Virus record (IMG/VR): IMGVR_UViG_3300031746_000121
Location: 1 to 29,211 of that record
DNA from: a virus
Lineage: Duplodnaviria > Caudoviricetes
Length of the DNA: 29,211 bases
Strand: one strand, 5' to 3'
This document shows, piece by piece, positions 27,501-29,211 of this stretch. Below the pieces are notes generated by a model. The model made no database searches. It was not told where the DNA came from and was given only the letters and a program-made list of their open reading frames with translations. The translations under genes were made by a program, and so were the position numbers. Within the stretch, counting starts at the first letter, position 1. Every line of letters starts with the position of its first letter.

Positions 27501-28731
27501 TCATCAGCGCGTACTTGGCTAGGTCGAGGTCAAGCAGACGCGCAGCCTGTGGGTCGCGCACGGTGTTCTTGATTGCCTCTTCGGGTACTGAATCAACCAT
27601 GCCGCCATCAGCTTTGCGGATGATGCCGCCGTCAGCGTTGCCGTGCTTCTGCAGATGCGTTAGCCACTCTTCAGTAATGTTTTGGCTTGGCAACCCTTCG
27701 CCTTTAAAACCTTTAGTCAGATCGTAGTAGCTAGGATTGCGGTTTGGGTCGCGTGGTGACTGGGGATTAAGTCGTGCAAATTCAGCGTTACGCCGTGCAA
27801 ACTCGGCGCGGTAATCGGGTAGCGCAATCTCGTTAGGAACTGGGCGCACCTTTACGCCAAGGTCTTCTCCGTGTAATAACATCGGAAAGCCGGGGTGTAG
27901 GTCTGGTCGGAATGACGTTTCGCCGTTCATTGTGAAGAGGCGCGGGCCAAACGCAAAGGTTGGCACATCACCACGAAGACTAGGCTCAGTTTCACGGGTA
28001 AGAATACTAAGCGGATCAAAAATAACCCCCTTACCGCTCTTCGCGCCACCCAATGCTACGCCGCCTTTCTTTGGGGGAATACCCTCGCCGATCATAATAT
28101 CGGACAATGCCGCACGGCGGTCAAAACTGTCAGCCTCTTTCCAAATGTTCGGGTCGCGGATATCAGCGCCTTCGCCAAGGGTCAACGCTAAGTTGTGATT
28201 GATCTTGGCTTCTAGTTCTGGGCTTAGTTTCCCGTCTTTCATTGCTTGTCTAAATTCTTTTTCTAGCTTGGCAAAGACGATTGGGTTGGTCTTGAGTTGG
28301 GTTTGCGATCCCAATAGCGTTGTCCAAATTGTGCGAGGATCATTTTGATTGATCAAACCGCTTGCCGCGCTTTTGCTACCAACGCCCCAAACCATGTCTG
28401 CGTAGTTGGGATCAGCTAACGACATTGCGGAGAAGCCGGGGCCGCCAATGTTACCGCCCCCGACACGGGTTCGATCTGCTTGGGTGGCGACTAACCGCTT
28501 GCCTTCGGCGTTTAGGTTGCCCAACGCCTCAGACATCGGTAGTTCAGGTTGAGCAACGATCTGTGCTGCGGCTGCTCGACCTGCCGCTGCGCGTTGTGCC
28601 GCTGTGATTGTCTTGAGCGGCTCTTCACCTGACGCTTCTCTAATTGCATTCAACGGCGATGTCTTAGGCTTATTAGGCGTAACAAGGTCTATAAACGCAT
28701 TAGCTGCTGTCTTTGCTTTAGCCATGATCAC
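24589..28731 (-). CDS. Large polyvalent-type multidomain protein with an ADP-ribosyltransferase-like domain and a DEVQSDWHQ domain
   Basis: 1380-aa ORF; central 'LYHAT...WLTDN...NVMPVY...GYD.I....EYI..DP..QIKS'; C-terminal 'LPGGENYRE...SHFD..N.LAH.R..D...DEVQSDWHQ.GR'. Confidence 0.75.
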   Translation of the reverse strand: MIMAKAKTAANAFIDLVTPNKPKTSPLNAIREASGEEPLKTITAAQRAAAGRAAAAQIVAQPELPMSEALGNLNAEGKRLVATQADRTRVGGGNIGGPGFSAMSLADPNYADMVWGVGSKSAASGLINQNDPRTIWTTLLGSQTQLKTNPIVFAKLEKEFRQAMKDGKLSPELEAKINHNLALTLGEGADIRDPNIWKEADSFDRRAALSDIMIGEGIPPKKGGVALGGAKSGKGVIFDPLSILTRETEPSLRGDVPTFAFGPRLFTMNGETSFRPDLHPGFPMLLHGEDLGVKVRPVPNEIALPDYRAEFARRNAEFARLNPQSPRDPNRNPSYYDLTKGFKGEGLPSQNITEEWLTHLQKHGNADGGIIRKADGGMVDSVPEEAIKNTVRDPQAARLLDLDLAKYALMNQPQRMGGGGAMKKIAKAATKPAALSQAEKDANLKQWMSSGKIKTDEGDPLRLYHATPKDFDQFKAGGNDPTMSGVATWLTDNPEYQPAAHNIGGGQRGFKEGTNVMPVYSNASRPLLIDDPQMQQWANDVFAGGKGELPYMVSPNTAKAIKEAGYDYIHYADPHKSNEPHEYIMLDPERQIKSAIGNRGTYDPNEPSITKAHGGAVRMAQGGQVLSEAIGGQVQTPVQGDMGKMTFDQYRTSIGMHEGGRHMANGGQVQRFDEGGQASLDQMRYELANSPVMQATPRNPVQDWIGTFGGYMDKAGKFISESIEPTAEKHPVKNFLANMFLADPLKGAGTLMQDLTGTVRETDEDNPVRGIIDKNWKNLSNGTEPLLDPRVLDIAQFGGPAAKAATKVVRTGAKAITPFAKSAAEMAAELYGRGQMPGMVAPNAFMVEPSAPKPAKALAPANEQGFYSPTEAAALNLQRKSGNGQAFLNDIMKGENVRSEEISGMGLDTWLKDKKNVTAAEVQDYIAQNKLGLGETLYGAVKEDPVGMANRKEIFDFYQPEIDRLYKKHDAYFDAGDNASRRKVEDQIINVQLKRNAEANSAYEIPNSKPTKFEEHALPGGENYREVVITMPDPKDALMDQIKALGITKNKTDRISVNDILQRGGSDELAESWKKAMTDPYRSSHFDEPNVLAHLRMSDRVTDGKKTLLVDEVQSDWHQAGREQGYGPTMEKSVEAYYETKDGQRIPIGFGKTKEEAEANIDVGWKNMVDIKYETHERKVKEGVPNAPYKDDWYQLALRRAVKEAIDGGYDRVALPTGARVADRFKLTNHVDEIVYGKNGDIYFYKNRDSVKSLNGKKPEELGAIVGKEVAKKLLDSEPNKYGARTLSGVDLEVGGEGMKKYYDEIYPTYLKKFGKKYGAGVGKTTVDVEGAAEPLHYMDITPAMRKEFSTGIHMAKGGKVSFAKSADDMRKELLRNKHG

Positions 28732-29211
28732 ATCGCATAGGGGTTTTGGCGGCGGGGGCGCTCATCGTCATCATAGTCTGAATCGGGTGCGGGATCAATA
28801 CCGATGAATCCCATGTCGCGCAATACCCGCAGCCCCTGACTCAGCGCGTCAACGTAGTCATCGTGCCTTGCATTGGGAAAGCTGCACACCTGTGTCACGA
28901 ACGGTTGCAACCACTTGCGCGGCTTACCCTTGCGCTCTTCGCTCTCAGGCAAGTACACCCGCCCCCGCATGATCAGCGGCGCGACCAAGTTCAGGCGCAT
29001 GGTCTTGTCAGCGCGACCGGGGTTGTAGCTGCGCACAGGTAGCCCCGCACGCTGCAGGTCTTGAATCAGCACAATGCCTGCGCTTTTGTCTTCGATCAGC
29101 ATCAGGTCAACCTTCTTGCCCTGCCCGAACTCGTTCTCATCGCCGTACACCACAGTCGCCTCTTCAATCACCTTGGGGCGCAGGTCGGGGTACTGCATAT
29201 GCTCTGACCAA
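28728..29211 (-). CDS. terL: Terminase large subunit, C-terminal nuclease domain (partial)
   Basis: 'LIEDKSAG..LIQDL', 'DKTMR', 'GRVYLP', 'FPNARHDDYVDALSQ' RNase H-like terminase signature. Confidence 0.92.
   Translation of the reverse strand, partial: WSEHMQYPDLRPKVIEEATVVYGDENEFGQGKKVDLMLIEDKSAGIVLIQDLQRAGLPVRSYNPGRADKTMRLNLVAPLIMRGRVYLPESEERKGKPRKWLQPFVTQVCSFPNARHDDYVDALSQGLRVLRDMGFIGIDPAPDSDYDDDERPRRQNPYAM

Larger units (their letters stand above)
1..29211 (-). mobile_element. Tailed dsDNA bacteriophage (podovirus/P22-like) packaging, head, tail and lysis region; phage or prophage fragment
   Basis: Co-oriented, tightly packed terminase, portal, scaffold, capsid, tail, lysis and internal virion genes; no host housekeeping genes. 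Confidence 0.95.

Noticed and set aside
113-28807. Many plus-strand ORFs rich in Pro, Val and Thr
   Set aside because: Antisense shadows of Gly/Thr/Ala-rich minus-strand genes, with no recognisable motifs
1-29211. Stop-codon reassignment
   Set aside because: Long genes are intact in the standard code, and TAA, TAG and TGA all end genes

Overview
This window is a ~29 kb piece of a tailed dsDNA phage genome with a podovirus/P22-like morphogenesis module. The two-component spanin implies a Gram-negative host. All credible genes lie on the minus strand, often with overlapping stop/start codons, and use the standard code. In transcription order (right to left): terminase large subunit C-terminus, a 1380-aa multidomain protein with an ART-like domain, portal, two small ORFs, GroES-like co-chaperonin, scaffold-like protein, hypothetical protein, decoration-like protein, major capsid protein, several small basic and structural proteins, an adaptor, a tail-fibre cluster, a lysis cassette (holin-like genes, Rz/Rz1, M15 endolysin), a second adaptor, tail proteins, a GNAT acetyltransferase, and a large ejection-type protein that runs off the left end. 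The most striking unexplained signal is a recurring hydrophobic-x-x-Gly-Gly motif (MAKGG, MKSGG, YADGG, FATGG and similar). It appears about 25 times in five head-region proteins and sits at module boundaries, which suggests a di-glycine processing or capsid-loading signal. I added four ORFs missing from the supplied track. All functional calls come from motif recognition and gene order; no database searches were run.
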